From: Raillietiella orientalis
Taxonomy: Eukaryota
Length of the DNA stretch: 64,000 bases
Reading direction: 5' to 3'
NCBI GenBank assembly: GCA_036172245.1
Contig: JAYWIR010000016.1
Coordinates: 682,001 to 746,000, forward strand
The notes below the pieces were generated by a model. The model was not told the DNA's origin. It saw nothing but the letters and a program-made list of their open reading frames with translations, and made no database searches. Below, one piece after another: positions 24,661-43,250 of this stretch. How positions within the stretch are numbered: the first letter of the stretch is position 1; the number at the start of each line of letters is the position of its first letter. A program made the translations under genes and the position numbers.

Positions 24661-25599
24661 GGAAAGACCGACCTGCGTATCAATGCATCCTCCCTTTGAA
24701 CTCCTTTTTATCTTGTTGGGGAAGTTGGTGGTTCCTGACATGTTTGTTTATCTCTTGAATGAATGCCTGTGAGCCACTGGGTGGTGATAAATCCCTCTTC
24801 TTCCTGACAAACTGTGTGTGAGGGATGTTGTGCATCCTTCCCCTATGGCTACTTCAAACATTTGCCTCATATGTTATGTATATTCATGCCCTTATAAATG
24901 AGCGCTCCATATACCGTCCTCCCATCCCGGACTGCCGGCCCATTTATTTAAAAATAAGTGAATGACAATCATGAAGTCCAGAACCAGAAGGCTTGCCTTC
25001 ACGGGGGACGGAACTAGGGAAGTGTTGAGGGATACGAGAAAGGACAAGTTAATAAATAAATAGGGGTGGGATGGACCGGTACTCAACATGATTCCGAATG
25101 CACTGCGTCGGACACGGAAGGATTGGGAGGGAGGAGCGCTTACAGGTGTCGAGTCGATCTGTCCATAATCGTCCGAAAGTTGCCTTGCACTTCACATCTC
25201 GGATTGGATGTCCTTCCCATGTAGGCGATGGCAACATCAAACATCGCCTAGAAGTCACAGTTACGCCCTTCCTCCACCTTGGCGGTCATCGTTGCCCGCA
25301 CATGGCAAAACCAGTAAGCCTGGAGAAGGAAACGGACGTCTCTCTAGACAAGTCCTCCGTAGCAGCATGGGAATTCGGAGTGCTCCGGCGATGCATTTCC
25401 ACCTATGACGCAGCCTTCCTTATTCAAGAAGTAACGTGCGGCAGGGTTCCCATGATCCTGCAGTGGGTGCACTTCTTGCGTACTCTACCTCTCCGAGGTG
25501 CAGCGACGTTCCTCATTACAGTGGAGAGTCCCAGTGCATCAGCAAGTTGGCAGTTCGATGTTGGGAGCGTTGACCAGGAAGTTCAGGACCTCAAAGCTT

Positions 25600-26100
25600 T
25601 CACTGGAAATTCAGAGAAACTCGACCGTTGACCCTGAGTCAGGCCATTCGTGCTGATGGAGGGCCACACCTGATTTTGGGGAAGGAAGCCATTTTTTGGC
25701 AGGAACATGGGAAGGAAGACTGAGCCCACCGTTCTCACGCAGTGAGGTTCGGGAAACCTTTACAAAGAGCACTTCGATTAGGGAATAAATCCTGCGTGTC
25801 CTGCGTGGGGCCATATCGCTCGTCATCCCATTTCTTATTTTCCGGTGACTGCCTATGATTCTCAGACTGGGGGGTTCGTGAATGCGGCTCTCCTGAACCT
25901 GCTGCCTTGGGGGGAGTATCCGGAAGCCAAGGCGGCAGAAGAACCGGTGGTACCTCGTCTTCGGGGGAGGCTGCCTCTCCGAACTGTGCCAGGTGCGTGT
26001 CGGTGGAATCAATCTTACGCCTGCTGTTGGACTGCGATGCTCTCTAAGAACTACGGCGGAGACTGGCTTCAGTGCTCCTGCTCCAGGAGGGATGTGAAGC
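25600..26100 (+). mobile_element. LINE 3'-region fragment
   Basis: 25960-26090 (cctcgtcttcgggggaggctg...ggtgcgtgtcggtggaatc...ctctaagaactacggcggagactggct) matches 24119-24240. Confidence 0.65.
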
Positions 26101-26229
26101 GAACCCGGGAAGTTTATTTCTCGAAAATGGAGTTACGAACTGGGAATCGAGTTTCCAAAAAAGACAACGGGAATTTCTCGAGGAAGGATCACCCGGACGC
26201 GGATTGGTCACGTAAGAAGTTCGGAGCGG

Positions 26230-26800
26230 GAGAAAATCGAATAATTAAATAAATAAAAAGGGAGGGTAGGGTCAGGGACCTTTGATGTCAGCAGCTCCTT
26301 CCTTCGTAGAATCGGAATGCAGGCGGCGACTACACTGACGAATTACCGCATATGGAGCACCCAGATGCTGCTGGTCCTCATGAAGGCGGCTGCCATGCGG
26401 GTGGTCTTCCGTCTCCCGGCGCTTCAGCCCATGGAGAGCAACCACGATGGGGAGGATACAACATGGTGCAGCCGTCGCGGCTCCTGAGGAGAGTCTGCCA
26501 CGAGCGAGGAATCACCGCAGCAAGTCAATGGCACTGTCCTCCGAGCACAGCAGCGCGGAATCCAGTCTACTCCGCCACAATTCTTGGAGAGAACCAAGAT
26601 CCAAAGACAAAAAACGATACGGTCGTCCCACATCCAAAACAGTTCGGGGAAGCGACTTCCCGAGAGACGAGGTGTCGACGCTCGTTACACCGGAAGCTCC
26701 AGTGAACAAAGAGAACTATCTCGTGCGTCCATTTCAAAAGGAGAACCGAGGCGTCCCGATGCCAAGCACGAAAGTGCGTAGGGAGGCAGGAGAGATCTGC
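26230..26800 (-). mobile_element. LINE 3'-end fragment, inverted relative to its neighbour
   Basis: Minus strand encodes LQELWRSRLDSALL..DLLR and contains ctctccaagaattgtggcggag; it ends in ccctaccctcccttttatttatttaatt. Confidence 0.65.
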
Positions 26801-29025
26801 CGATGTTCCTGGAACAATAAGATCATCCGCTTTAGGAAGACGAGACCCGAAAGAAGTGTTTATAAATAGGCTGCCGCCCTTTTGAAATCAAAGTAGTTAA
26901 CTAGTTCCCTAGCGAAGTGGAGATCTGTTTCCTGAAATTTCGAAATCATTGAGAGCAAAGAGAAGGAAAGAAAGAAGAAAAAAACAGCAGAACAGAATTA
27001 CAAAGTGCCAGAGCCAAAAATTGGCGCCACGGATGAGAAAGTCGATGCTCTAAAGGAAGATATAAGGTACTTTCAGACATGAGGGAATAGGAAGAGTGAT
27101 TTTAGAATCGACGCAGAAGCTACTTTTGTTTCGTTGACGGGAATAAACGGAGCAGTTGCAAGGAAAAATCATGAGGGTACGCAAGAACTGGACAAACTCT
27201 GCATCCGAAAGGAAAAGTTTCTTACATTTTCACAAAGGAAAGGGAGGACTAAAGGGCATCTCAATGTGAGTACTTTTACATCAGTGATGCAAACATCGAC
27301 TTGAAGAAGCAGATGCACGTAGAATGTCCGGCTAGAGCAGCTAAATGTTTATGTTTGCGAAATGTTGAGCCCATGACTCATAAATTTTCCATGTCCATCA
27401 GAAACTCAGTTTTACAATAAATCTTGACTAACAGCATCAGACAACTGGTCAAAAAATGCGCCAATTTACGAAACAGAGAGGCAAAAGAGTACGTATATGC
27501 TGACTCATCAGAAGGATGCTTCGACAGCTACCTACTTACTAGAAGCCGAGGATTTTGCAGTTGTCTGAAACTGCTAACCTCTCAGGACTCGGAAGTACAT
27601 CTATCCCAAAAGACATTACTGACGTTGATTAAAAAAAAAAAAAAAAAAGAGGTTGCAAGCATCACCAACCAATGAAGGTTTGAGAGAATTTGTCCGAAGC
27701 GATCGATCCAAGATAGACTAGACTTAGCAGTGTTATAAGCACCCGGACAGTGCGGAAGACAAGTTTTCAGCTGAGTCAACGTAAAATCGACACTTGCGAA
27801 AAAAGTACCAAAAATTACATTTGACGACGCCACGGTAGAAGCGCTGATCGAGGACGTTTACGAGTTGACACGCATGCTGACACACACTGCCGGTCCCAGT
27901 AGTACTTCTGGATGGAATGAGGGACAAATTTTTCCGGTGACCAGCGGTAGTCTAAAGCCTCATTTAATTATTCCGTTCCCTCTGAAAGTACTGGCACGCC
28001 TGGAATAAGAGGAATGCATGGGTTTACGGAGATTTGTGGTTCTCTCATTTTCATATGCGCACGGAGCTCTAGGTGTGATTTTCTTCAAAGGTATATCCGT
28101 GGAGCTCAATCAACTTGCTCGAGTGCTTTCCTTCCATGCCTACAAGAAAAATGCAAGCCCTTGGAACTCTGATTTTCGGCTGCCTGTGCTGTTGCTTTTA
28201 CCGCGATCTGAAGAGCAACAGTTACTAGTACCTCATTTCCGTGAAATCTCCGGGCCACAGACATATCCATATGAATTCCTAGTTCTGTCGTGCTTGTGCC
28301 CATAGTGGTATTCGTGTTTCTTCATTATACTATCTTCATCGTACTACTTAAGCGTACTATGATACGTTTACCCACGCAGTCTTGTGATTCTTATCACGGC
28401 TCGTATCTTCAACATTCTTTTCAAATGAGAAAAAAAAAAGCTCCTGTCTTGTCAGGCATTTTGTTGGCTGGCGTTCACGGGATACGGGTAAAACTTAATA
28501 AACCTAAAGTTTCGATCCAGTTAAGAAAAAACTGATTCCCAAGGTTTTATTCGCAGTTCCAATCTATTCTTCCCTTTTACAGTCGTTTTTGTTTCGTGTA
28601 TTATGAATGGATTTGTAGCTTACCAAAAGAAACTTTACTTTCATTCATTTTTCTTGAAGTCCGTCCCTAGCAGTGACAACTCTGGCAAGTGGACTAAGAT
28701 CACTTATGTGGACCGGTGAAATTAGAAAGCACACAGATAATGTAAAAAATCGGCAATTGTAAATTTTAAATTTAAGAAATTAGCATCTGTTGTGTTAAAA
28801 AAACTGTTGTCACTGCGCATTCTTTGAGGTCATGCAGCCTATCGAGATAATAGGGTTCTCTACTGTGGTATTGATGTTTGCAAAATGAATGCCAAGGAGT
28901 TAGGAATGCATTACTAATCACATGAGTACGTGATCAGTAATGTAAGGAACTTTATTTAAGGAACTTACACAATCTTTTTAAAAATTTATCCAACATGTTT
29001 AATTCACACAATACATCAACATATT

Positions 29026-33220
<4,195 letters not shown>

Positions 33221-36200
33221 AATTGGTTCTGAAGTTTTCTTTTGAAAAAAAAATAAATTCAAAAGGTATACGGATTTTATTTCCACCTAACAGTACATGT
33301 GACACGGATTTGTGCTTCTCAAGCTAAACAGCGATTCAAATAATGAGGTATCCTACATGATAGTTCATAAATCATCACTAAAATATAACGATTACCAACG
33401 TCTTTCAGGAATAGTAATCAAATATCAAAAATTTAGATTCTGAATACTTGGAAAAGATGGGAATAAGTAAGTAAGAATATTTAAACATAATATGAAGTGG
33501 CTTCAAAATATTTGTTTAACTTAGGACAGCCTCTGGATACACAGCAGCTAATATTGCTTCATAACATGGAGTAAAGGTTTTACTTGCAGATTCAGAAGCA
33601 TTCTCCCCAACTTTGTAAACCATCAAACTATGCTGCTCAACCTTGAAAATTGATCTACATTACAATTACAAAGGTTAGCATTTACATATAATCTTACTAA
33701 TAATGGCAACAGTGTTCAGAACGTTTTCTTTCTCGATCTTACTTTTATATTTGGAAATTGTATTAATTGCACACTCCTCCTTTGCCCATCAGGATTGAAG
33801 AACAAAGCTAAAAGAGACCATTTTTCAAGAATTTTTACCCAGTTACGTGGAATTCCAATGCATAAGACATCAAAGGTGCTAGAAGAAAAAAAAATGGGTT
33901 ATTAGGAAAATACATTTATTCTGTCCCCGTTTACAAAACTACCGTTCCAAACTATACGGAAGAACATATTCTACTCTCATTTGTTCTGAGATAATAGAAT
34001 AACAGAAAAAAGTCTAAAATCAGCACAAAAATGATCATGGGAATTCTGATGCAGAACCTCGACGTTATTAGTAGAACGAAATTTTTTTATACTGTTTGTA
34101 AAGGAAGAATGTGAACGTGAAATTGTAACGTCAGGAAAAAATTATATATATCAAGGAATCAAGTCAACAGCAAGAGCGAAAGGGCATTTTTTTCAGACAC
34201 CATCTTTTCAAGATGCTATGGAATATTCAAAAGAACCATCATGTTGAATCCAAGGTTCTAGGCTGTCCGGATGTGCAGGATTTAGTATTTCAACCTAATT
34301 CGTTGTTTTCTCTATTGAAATCTGATTTTGAATTTATTATGAATCGACGTTGGCAGAGTTACTATCTTGTACACTCCTTGTGATGTTTCTCCTAGGATTA
34401 AAGAATAAGCAGTTCTAACCTGAATGAATTAATTCTACTAAATCCTGAATTCTTTTTTACGTATGACAAGAAAATTGGAAATGTATGAAAGCATATACGT
34501 ATTCGTGAATATACGGAACTGCAAGCTGCGCATTATATAATGCACTAAATAAGAAAATTCTTGCATAAGAGTCTGTTCTTCATGTAAATGAATCCTCTGA
34601 AAATTTCGCTTTGGAGAAATAACAAGCAAAAGAAAAACGAAAAGAAAAAAAAACTGTCAACTCATCTAGAAGAATTGTGCATTTTTAGGAATGGTGGTTC
34701 GAATGTTTGGAAATAAAGGTCAAACAGAATCCCGTTTGGATCTCAAGCAAAGTCAAACATCCATCATTCTCCTCTGCAAGAACGAAACCAGCACTGAATT
34801 AATAGGTCAAATTAAACACAAATGCTCAAATTTTCGACTGAATCTTATGGAAAATGTGTTCATGTTAAAAATGATCATTGAGCGCTCAAAAGTAAGAAAA
34901 ATTCATGAGTAAGGGAATCAACTTTCGGCATTTTTTTTGTTTTTTTAAAAAAGTCAAAAAAACAAAGTCAGGTCCCACAATATTTAGATTGCCTTTTGTT
35001 GATGTATTTTGATACTTTCAAAGCTTGGATGACATTTACCTTAATACAATTCCCGTTACATTCTATTTAAATAAATCTGAAGATTAGAGATTTTGGAGCG
35101 ATACGATGATTATGCACATGCCTGCTAACTTCCTGTTTATCTTGAACATTTCCAGCAGTGATATAAGAGTATCAGCTACCTTATTTATTTCTAAATGCTT
35201 TTTGTTCCATGTCTACGTAGAAAATTAATATCAACTATTCAACTTATATGCATGCCAGTTTATACTCAATATCGTTCATAATTAAAAGGGGCTGTACCCT
35301 CTTTTCAAATTGTTTAATATGTTTTAATAGTGTGGTCATCACCCGGTCACACAAGCGAAGTTAATCATCAAAATATACGCTCGGGGAAAGTTGTTCCTAT
35401 GTTAGATTTAGAATTTGCCCTGGAGGAGAACTGCGGGTCTCAAGTCGGCTGCTTCGAATACCGGAAGTATGAGAGGAAAGAAAGGTAAGTGGTCAACGGC
35501 TTTCCGCTCCAGATCTTCTGCAGTCTGCATGAGATGCAGGTAGTCTAAGAAGCCATTCTACTCAGGATGAGAATGGCCCCTTGCCGTTCCTGAAGCAGCT
35601 CCAACGCTTAGCAAGTGATCGCTGCTCTTCGGATGCAACACAGAGATGCGACAGAAGAGGCAGACGAAATCAGTTGCAGTCATTCATCTTCAGAGCCACT
35701 GATCTGTGGGGGCACTCGGCAGGTAGGCCAGGGCTACCGGCAGCTCCTCCAGTCTCGCCGAGGTGAGGAGATGGGAAGGAACAGACGAGGGAACAGCGTG
35801 AAGAGTCGTGCACCTGGAACACTTCGGGGATACACGCTCCCGTCGAGCAGTGCCGGCACCGACGTATAGAGCGGACGTGTTCTCTCGCTCCCCATTCCAC
35901 CGTCGTGGGGGAACTTTGAAACCAGTCAGAGTCGAATTACGGAGGATTTTGTCTCCAGAAGGGCTCTGATTCATCGCCGAGCGCTGAACACACAGCCTTG
36001 TGAGCTGGCGATGGGGTGCTGTGCGGTGAACCATGCTGTTTCCCCATCCGGAAAGTGGCGAAGGCGACGGCGAACTCTTTGAGCACCACAGCAAGAAATA
36101 CCAAGCAAAGGAGCGGAAAGAAAGGAAGCGGAAGAGAGAGACAGTCAGTCCATCTCGGATACAAAGAGAAGCGCATCATCCTTCGCGCTTCCGAGAGAGT

Positions 36201-36299
36201 AAAGAGAGATGGTTGCTTCCGTTCAACGTTGGCTTTCATCCCAAGACAAGACCAGGCCGTGTCGAAAGCAGTTTGCGATCCTCCCTCTCCTCCGCCTTC

Positions 36300-37690
36300 C
36301 CGCTGAAGGGTGGTGCCAACTGCTGTTACAGAGACAGGGCGTTCGCTTTCCACCATCTGCCTAGGTGGGCGTTCGCAAATAGTAGCTCAGGCTCTCCGTG
36401 CTCAGCGGAGTACGCAGCGCGGGATTCTCCTGAGACGATGCAGCGGTGGTCTAACGACCGTTGGGAGCCCCATGGACTGTGGGGAACCAACATTTTTTCC
36501 CTTCCATAACAGGACTTCCATCGTGGTCCAGCTCGCGGTAATCACGCTCTGCACGGAATAACGGCAGGTCATCCGCGAGCTTTCTGGATCTGCCACCGTG
36601 CGTGCGATGCAGCTGTAGTTTACACGTGACCGTCCAGCCCTCAGGTATCTTCTAAATCTTTGTTTCGGGACCCCCTCCTCCAGGGAAGAAACTTCTCGAG
36701 CTTCGAGGATCGACCCTGGGGTGATCCGACAAGCTGAGCCGCTTCCCGCTCGCGAACTCAGGTGGACATGGGGGAACGTCGTGGTCGATAAAGCCAGACA
36801 CCCTGGTTCTCCTACCAAGAGGTTCGCGGTGTTCATTGCGCTGCACACAACTTGTTGGTTTCGGCGTGCAGGATCAGGAGACACGCCTCTTCTGAGATTA
36901 TAAGGACGTTATGCTGGAAGAGTGCTATAAGGAGAGAGGTCTCCGAGAGCACCAGTTCCGTTGGAAGTGGGATCTCAGAAACTCTCCACCTTCTTTCAGG
37001 GGCTAAGAGTTGCAAGGTGCGTAAACGTTCGCTGCACCAAGGTCGATCGAGTGGGACTACTCGAGCACAGGATGGTCTACCCGACCCTCCCCATCGGAGA
37101 GCGCAGGTCACGTAGGGAGATACACGAGCGCGCGTGCGGAGCCGCCGTCATTTTGTCTCGTGCGTTCCTCCTAGGAAGATGTCAATCTCGCCTACCATCT
37201 GCATGGTGAATGTCGCCACTCCTCGCTCCCGGGAGATGGGACTGCTTCCATGGTGCGCGAACTCTTGAGTGCTCCCCCGCCGTAGAACTCTTGGTCTCTC
37301 CTTTGTGCACGGGCACTTTTTCGTTCTCGTCGGGAATGGATACGCTGCTGTTTCTGCACCGGGGATTTTTGGTGAAACGAGCGTGGGCACCCCGTTTTAG
37401 GGGGGAGTCGCGCCTCCCCAAACTGTTTGAGACGATCGAACCGTTCCTCAGCTGGACTGAGGTGCTTTGCACGAACTTTGGCGGAGGATGGCTGCAGAGC
37501 TCCTGCACCCCGAGGGCCAGGACTTGCTGCGACAATTCTTCACGCGAGGCCAAGTCCAGGCAGGCGGCGCCAATGATTTCACACCTGGGTGCTCCGGGGC
37601 GTTTATTCTCTTACAGGAATCGGTGGAGACGATGGCCCACCAATTCCAATTGTTACACTAGAAAGAAGGGGGGTCCATCACGTCCACGAA
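36300..37690 (+). mobile_element. Decayed 3' part of the same LINE family, tail-to-tail with the RT copy
   Basis: 37200-37560 closely matches 23930-24290 (ccactcctcg.tcccgggaga.gggactgct; ggactgaggtgct..gaact..ggcgga) and encodes HELWRRMAAELLHP, compare RELWERFSESLLHP. Left boundary approximate. Confidence 0.7.
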
Positions 37691-40260
37691 GGGGAAGGGT
37701 GATGAAACAAAAATAGAAAATGAAAACAAACTATAACAAGCAACAACAACAAAAATTAGTTGGGGGAAGGAAAGGGATCACATTTCGTGGTGGATGAAGC
37801 CACTGTATTAGTTGAAGGATGCCGGAGAGCTTCTCCTCCTCCCTGGCAATCCCGAAGCGATCTGTAGGAAGTGGATGGCGTGCAGGACAGCCCCCCCCCC
37901 CGGTCGCTGCGGCCTCTCTCGGCGTCGCCGCGACGACACCGCGCACGCAGCACAGCGCTGCGATCGCGGCTGCGGGCGTCATGGCGTCCCGCACGAAGAG
38001 GGGTCTCAAAGAGTTCCTGGGATCGTCCACGGGGTGCAAAAGGGACTCAGAGAAACGTTCCCACAGTTCCCGGAAAGCAACGCATCGCACTGTGAGGTGG
38101 GGGGAGGTCTCCTTCTCTCCACACCTGGCACAGTTCGGCGATGCGCTTCCTTCCCCGTGCCGGCGTGCATTGCACGGGAGACCCCAGTACAACAGCAGCA
38201 GCGCCGATTTCTGCCACTTGAGAGAAAGCAGCTTTCTGTCTTTAAATACGGGGGGCACTTTTAACTCTTCGGACCGAATGGAGAAGAGTTTGTCCCAACG
38301 TTCCAGTCCTTTGGAGACGGTTCTTGCTGTTGCAGAGTCAGCCAGCTCACGCGGTGTCCAGCCACCGATAGACTTCCTGCAGGTCGAGATCTCACAGGAA
38401 ACCTCCCACTTTGCCGGTAGGCAGGTGCCATGTACCTCAATAGTGGAGGTCACTGCTGCGACGAAGGGAGTGGCTGGTGGTGGGTAGGCCAACATGGTCA
38501 GCTCACTACCCATAGCCTCCAGTGTTCTTCTACTGTTCTTCTAAAGCTCTCGGCAGCGGGTAACTTCCGACATGGCCCGGGTAAGCTGGGCCCACGTCCT
38601 CACTTTCTCCTACCGCCAGGCCGGAGTATTTGCAAGGCGGCAGCGAATCCACGTGTTCACTCTCACCAGAGCAGCGACACACCGGAGAGGGAAGCCGCAA
38701 GATGGGAGCCGGCGGTAATGACACGCAAACAGAGTAGCGAGTCTTTCGCTGCCGACCGCCAGCCGGGAGAGCAAATGCGCAGAGGCGCATCAATGGGTGG
38801 CCCAGTTCTGTGCCACGAAGGCCAGCCTTCGAAAGTTCAGTTGACCTTTCATGCGCTCCAACGTCAGGAGTCCAAGTCCTCCCTCGCGACAAGGAGCACA
38901 CAAGTCTTTTAATCGGACTCGGGACCTCCCGTTTCCCCAGAGAGCTTTTCGAAGGAGATCCTTCGTCCGTTTTACCACAACAGGGGGAGTGGGGCACACA
39001 AAAAGCAGAGGTCGGAGGACGGAAGCCACAAAAGTGTTCCGAATGACGGCCTGCTCCGAAAACGGAGCGGCCTCCTTGGAACGGGCCGAGCACCGACTCT
39101 GCCTTCTGGGGGCAGTCAGACCACGCTTCCGTAGGGGAAATGTCCCCCGTAGGCACCCCTAGGTACCTGAATTACGGAACCGTAAGGATCCCCAAACGGA
39201 CCCAGTCCGACTGCCCAACCCACGTCGCGCCGACCGGGCTCACGCTTGCCTTTGCTCTGTTCACCTCCATGCCCACTCCCTTGCTTAACAGCTCGAAGAA
39301 TTCCTCGAGAGCGTCTGCAGGGAAAGACATGGAGAGCGGCAGCAAGAGGTTATCTGCATAGGCTGACGGCAGGCATACCGGAGCACGAGCTCGGCAGGAA
39401 AGCCAGAGTCTCCCTGTACGCCCTTAGCACCAACTCGAAGTAGGTGCTGAAGAGCAAGGGGCTCAGGCTGTCTCCCTGTCTCACGCTGCGCCGCACCGGA
39501 ATGCTGTACACGTGCCGGCCTTTGAAAAAAAACATTGATCAACGCAGTCGAACGCTTTGTGCAGATCGACCGCGACCGAGGGCTCCCACAACATAGGGCC
39601 TCCCTGTCCCGGACTCTTGGAGAATCGAGGATTCTTCCGCCCTGCTGTGTCACCCTACTGTAGCAACCGAGCCAGGTCCGCGCGAGGAACAGGTTGGCTT
39701 CCATCGATCGGTCGGGAGCAACGTACGTCTGCTTCGGACTTATGAACGTTTCGGCCACCCGTCCGATTATCTCGGACCACAGCTTCGCCAACAACTTGGC
39801 GTCTGTATCAACCACAGTAATTGGCTGCCAGTGGCCGATGTTGAGTAGGTCTCCTCCCTTTGGAAGGAGCCTTACTTTTGCTGACCGGAGCGAGGCAGGA
39901 ACCTCTCCCTTTTTCCGAGTCAGCAGTTCCATTTTCTGCACCAGGGGCGCGAGCTCTGCCGCAAAGCTCTGGTAAAACTCTGCAGGCAGGCCGTCCTCCT
40001 TTGGAGCTTTTCTCTAGGTGGCTGAATCCCTATGATCGCAACGATCTATTGCCTGCGCCGTCGTCATAGCCCGCCGCGTGTTGGGAGTCCCGAGCGCGGC
40101 GAAGGGAAATCGCCCGCATGGCAGCCACCCACGTGAAGACGGCCGCGAGGTGGTTCCACCTGCAGGAAGAAACCCAGAAGGAGGTTGGCGGTATCCTGAT
40201 TCGGTGCTGAGTCAGAAAAAGCGGCTGCAATCAAAGTCTCCTGTCCTTTTCCTTCCTGTT
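37690..40260 (-). mobile_element. 5'-truncated, frameshifted L1/Tx1-clade non-LTR retrotransposon ORF2 (RT plus C-terminal Zn finger)
   Basis: KAPKEDGLPAEFYQSF, LLPKGGDLLNIGHWQPITVVDTDAKLLAK, VRQGDSLSPLLF, AYADNL (after a frameshift), LCAPCREGGLGL, CARCGEKETSPHLTVRC, then a pyrimidine/T-rich 3' tail. Confidence 0.88.
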
Positions 40261-40499
40261 GTTGATTCATTAACTGTCTCCTTCCCTCCAGCTCCAAAAT
40301 GCCCCAGTAGACGACCTTCCCCCTGAACTTCTTTTTCTTGTTCTTGAGAATCGCCTTCCCAATTCCTGTTTTATCACCCGGTTGCGCCAAGGAGTTTATT
40401 CAGAAGAACCCAAAAAACCATCTGGAATCCAAGTTTCCAGACTAAGGGAAAAGAAGTTTAAGGGCAAGTCTGTGCGACGCGCAGGACGGGCACATTGAA

Positions 40500-41100
40500 A
40501 GTCCAGAACAGGAGGGAGGGGACCACAGATAGATATGATAGAAACAAAAAGATGTGGGGGAGGAGACAGGGGTCTTTGGCTTCGGCCGTTCCATCGTTTC
40601 AGAGCCGGCGTGGAATGCCGGCGATTTCCTTCCTTGCTTCTTCCCTGAGATTCAGCCACCTAGAAACCGTCCTCATATTGACTTTGGCAATCCTGGTGAC
40701 CTTTCTAAATACCGCTCGCGATTCCACAACAGGTGGCAGGCCATCACGATGGCGCAGATGCAGCTGATCGTTGCGATGACCGCGCCTGACAGGCCGCCAC
40801 GCGTGAAGAAGCGGTGCGTGACATCGATGGCGGTATCCCCCTGGTGCAGGAGCGCTGAAGGCGGTCTCTTTCACAGTCCTTGGAGGGCACTGCAGTCGAA
40901 GATCAGGTGCGAGAATGATTCCTCTGTTTGTTTTAAAGAAAGGTCCCGGCATGCCATCTGTCCGTGTTCCTCCTGCGGGGATTCCAAAATCGCTCGCCTC
41001 TTCAGGACGGCCTGTGGGACGCTAGTGTTCCGCAAGCCCAGGAGTGAAAAATTACAGAGGAAATCGGAGAGGATGCTTACCCTCCCTTCCTTCGGGGAGA
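40500..41100 (-). mobile_element. LINE C-terminal Zn-finger / 3'-end fragment
   Basis: ACRDLSLKQTEESFSHLIFDCSALQGL...EEARKEIAGIPRRL, followed by a pyrimidine-rich tail. Confidence 0.62.
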
Positions 41101-41899
41101 AAGGGGGCAACTGTACAGAATCGCGGAGGTTGATCACACCTGCCGGATCGCCTTCGTCTCTTCCGAGGAGTCGGGAATGGGAGCCTCGCGGGTCTTTTCT
41201 GGCGAAGCGTGGAGGACCTACTTCGACCCGCCTGTGTCCCATCGCCCGTCGCATCGCTTCCTGGGGCTTCAGAGCGAAGACCGCTGAAAGACCCGCACCA
41301 GTTTGTCCCGCTCTTGCGCAGCCATGTCCGGGTCGAACGTGTCCGCACGTGCCTTCCGGGCTCGCAACAACGCAAAACGCAAAATCTCCTCTTCGTCAAT
41401 GGGTGGCGCCGCTCCCTTCTCAGCGACGTTCCCACAGCGTTTCTCCATTTCAGGGAAGAAAAGCGCGTTCCTCCGTACCTACCTCATTTCCTACTTATTT
41501 ATTCATTTATTCCTCGGTCCTCTTCCGGTGACCTCAGTTCACCACTGGCCTCAGTTCCTTCCAGCTATGTCCAGCAAACGTCGGTCCTCTCTCCAAATGC
41601 AAAAGTGTGTTCCTTCGTTTCAGAAGAGAAAAATGACATGGCAACCCGAAATTAGAGCACCGCGCCCTGCCTGACTACCTAGGCAACTTGACCTTGCTTG
41701 CCCCAGGTCTCCAGAAAGGCTCCAAAGTGGACTGCAAAGGACAACTCGCCCCATCTGACATGAGACGCAGGAGTGGAACGGAACGAAATTCCTGGAAGTC
41801 AATCCAAGCTCTGGGGATGAGCCGAGAATCTGATGGAGGTTCGATCTTGAAGAGAGATCGGAGGAGGAGGAGGGATGTGTGCGGCTCTGGTTTGAGCTA

Positions 41900-43250
41900 G
41901 TCCCGGTCGCCGGTTCGCGTCGAGTATCCTGGAACGCCGTGAGATCGAGGAACCGCTACTTCAAGCCCCTCCTATACTCCTCATCCCCCCACTCCCATGC
42001 GCCAGCACGCGACGTGAGCGAATCCAGTGGCCACCCGCATTCCACGCTTCCGTCCATTCCCAAGCCGGCACGCGAGGAAATTCACAGGAAAGGCGCGATG
42101 ACCACGCGGGAGAAGCGACCGACCAACGAGAACCAACGTCTCGAAGAAGCGAACGGCATCCGGCTGTTCCTCTCGCCGCACTCCGCCTTCTCGCCTCCTC
42201 GCGTCTCAGCGACCGGGGCCAGCAGAGGAACAGCCGCCACGGGCGCGTGGCGGCCGTTCCTCGGAGAACGGGCGCGCGCACTGCCCAATCATGCGGAAAG
42301 TGCTCGCAACACTTCCGGGATGCGAAAGAGGAAGTAACAGATCGGACCAACATCGAGAGGGCAATCCGACCCCCTTTTTCCCCTGGCATGGCCCTCCAGT
42401 CCAACAGAGAAGGAGGTTCACCTCCTCGCAGCCCACCTTCAGCCGCGTGCCAGGAACGACAGTACCTGCAACAGAAGGCAGCGGGAGCGGCCGCCGTCGT
42501 GCGGAGGGTAATGACGAGAGGCAGTCTCGGGGCGATTCCGAACGGGCTGGCCCCATCTTCCTTCCCGCTCCCTCCCCGACGCAGGTCCACCCTCCAGCAC
42601 TGTGCGCATCGCCCGGCATCTGTGGGTTGTTGGTCCCCCTTCTTCATCTTCATCCCTATCTTTTCCCTGGTTCTATCCCTATTGAAATTTGGCCTCTTCG
42701 GGAATGGCCAGAAGAGGTCTGGAAAGTTCTCTTTGAAGTTGCAGGGACACTGTCCATAGGGCGTCCGCGCTTTTGATGCTTTGCTCCATCACTGGTACCA
42801 TCGATTACTCCTGCCTCCGGGTCGGATGACTGAACCCCGGAAAAGAGCGCATGGTTGACGCGGGCTGGCGAAAAACGCAAGCTCGCAGCGAGTGGCATTC
42901 ACGTTCCTCACCCTTATCAACCCCAGGAGTCCGGTTCTTCGATCCACGGGGTGGTCACGGAGGGCCAGGCCTCCATTGATGTCACGGAAGCCTCTGCGGT
43001 GTCTACACTCCCGCCCATAGACGACCACACAGCTCCTTCGTACATGTCCATCGCGGCCGGAGGATCCTTACCTTCGTGGAGACCGTCGAGGATCAGTAAG
43101 GAAGGGGGAAGGGGGGGAGGAAACAGCACGAGACGGGACGGCACATGCGCGTGGCTCACCTCGTTCCTATAAGCCAAGACTGCAGCCTCCCCTGAGCCCA
43201 GTCTACACAACGTCGTTGTCTTATTTGGGAGCATTCCCTACGGCGAAATT
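41900..43250 (-). mobile_element. Possible LINE ORF1 (gag-like) remnant
   Basis: Broken frames containing a degenerate knuckle, FCCRYCRSWHAAEG, within the LINE cluster. Weak call. Confidence 0.35.

Noticed and set aside
26950..27900. Coding-like plus-strand stretch with intron-like signals (similar patch at 56.2-56.7 kb, minus strand)
   Set aside because: Frames are broken by stops and no family was recognised; insufficient to call a gene or pseudogene.
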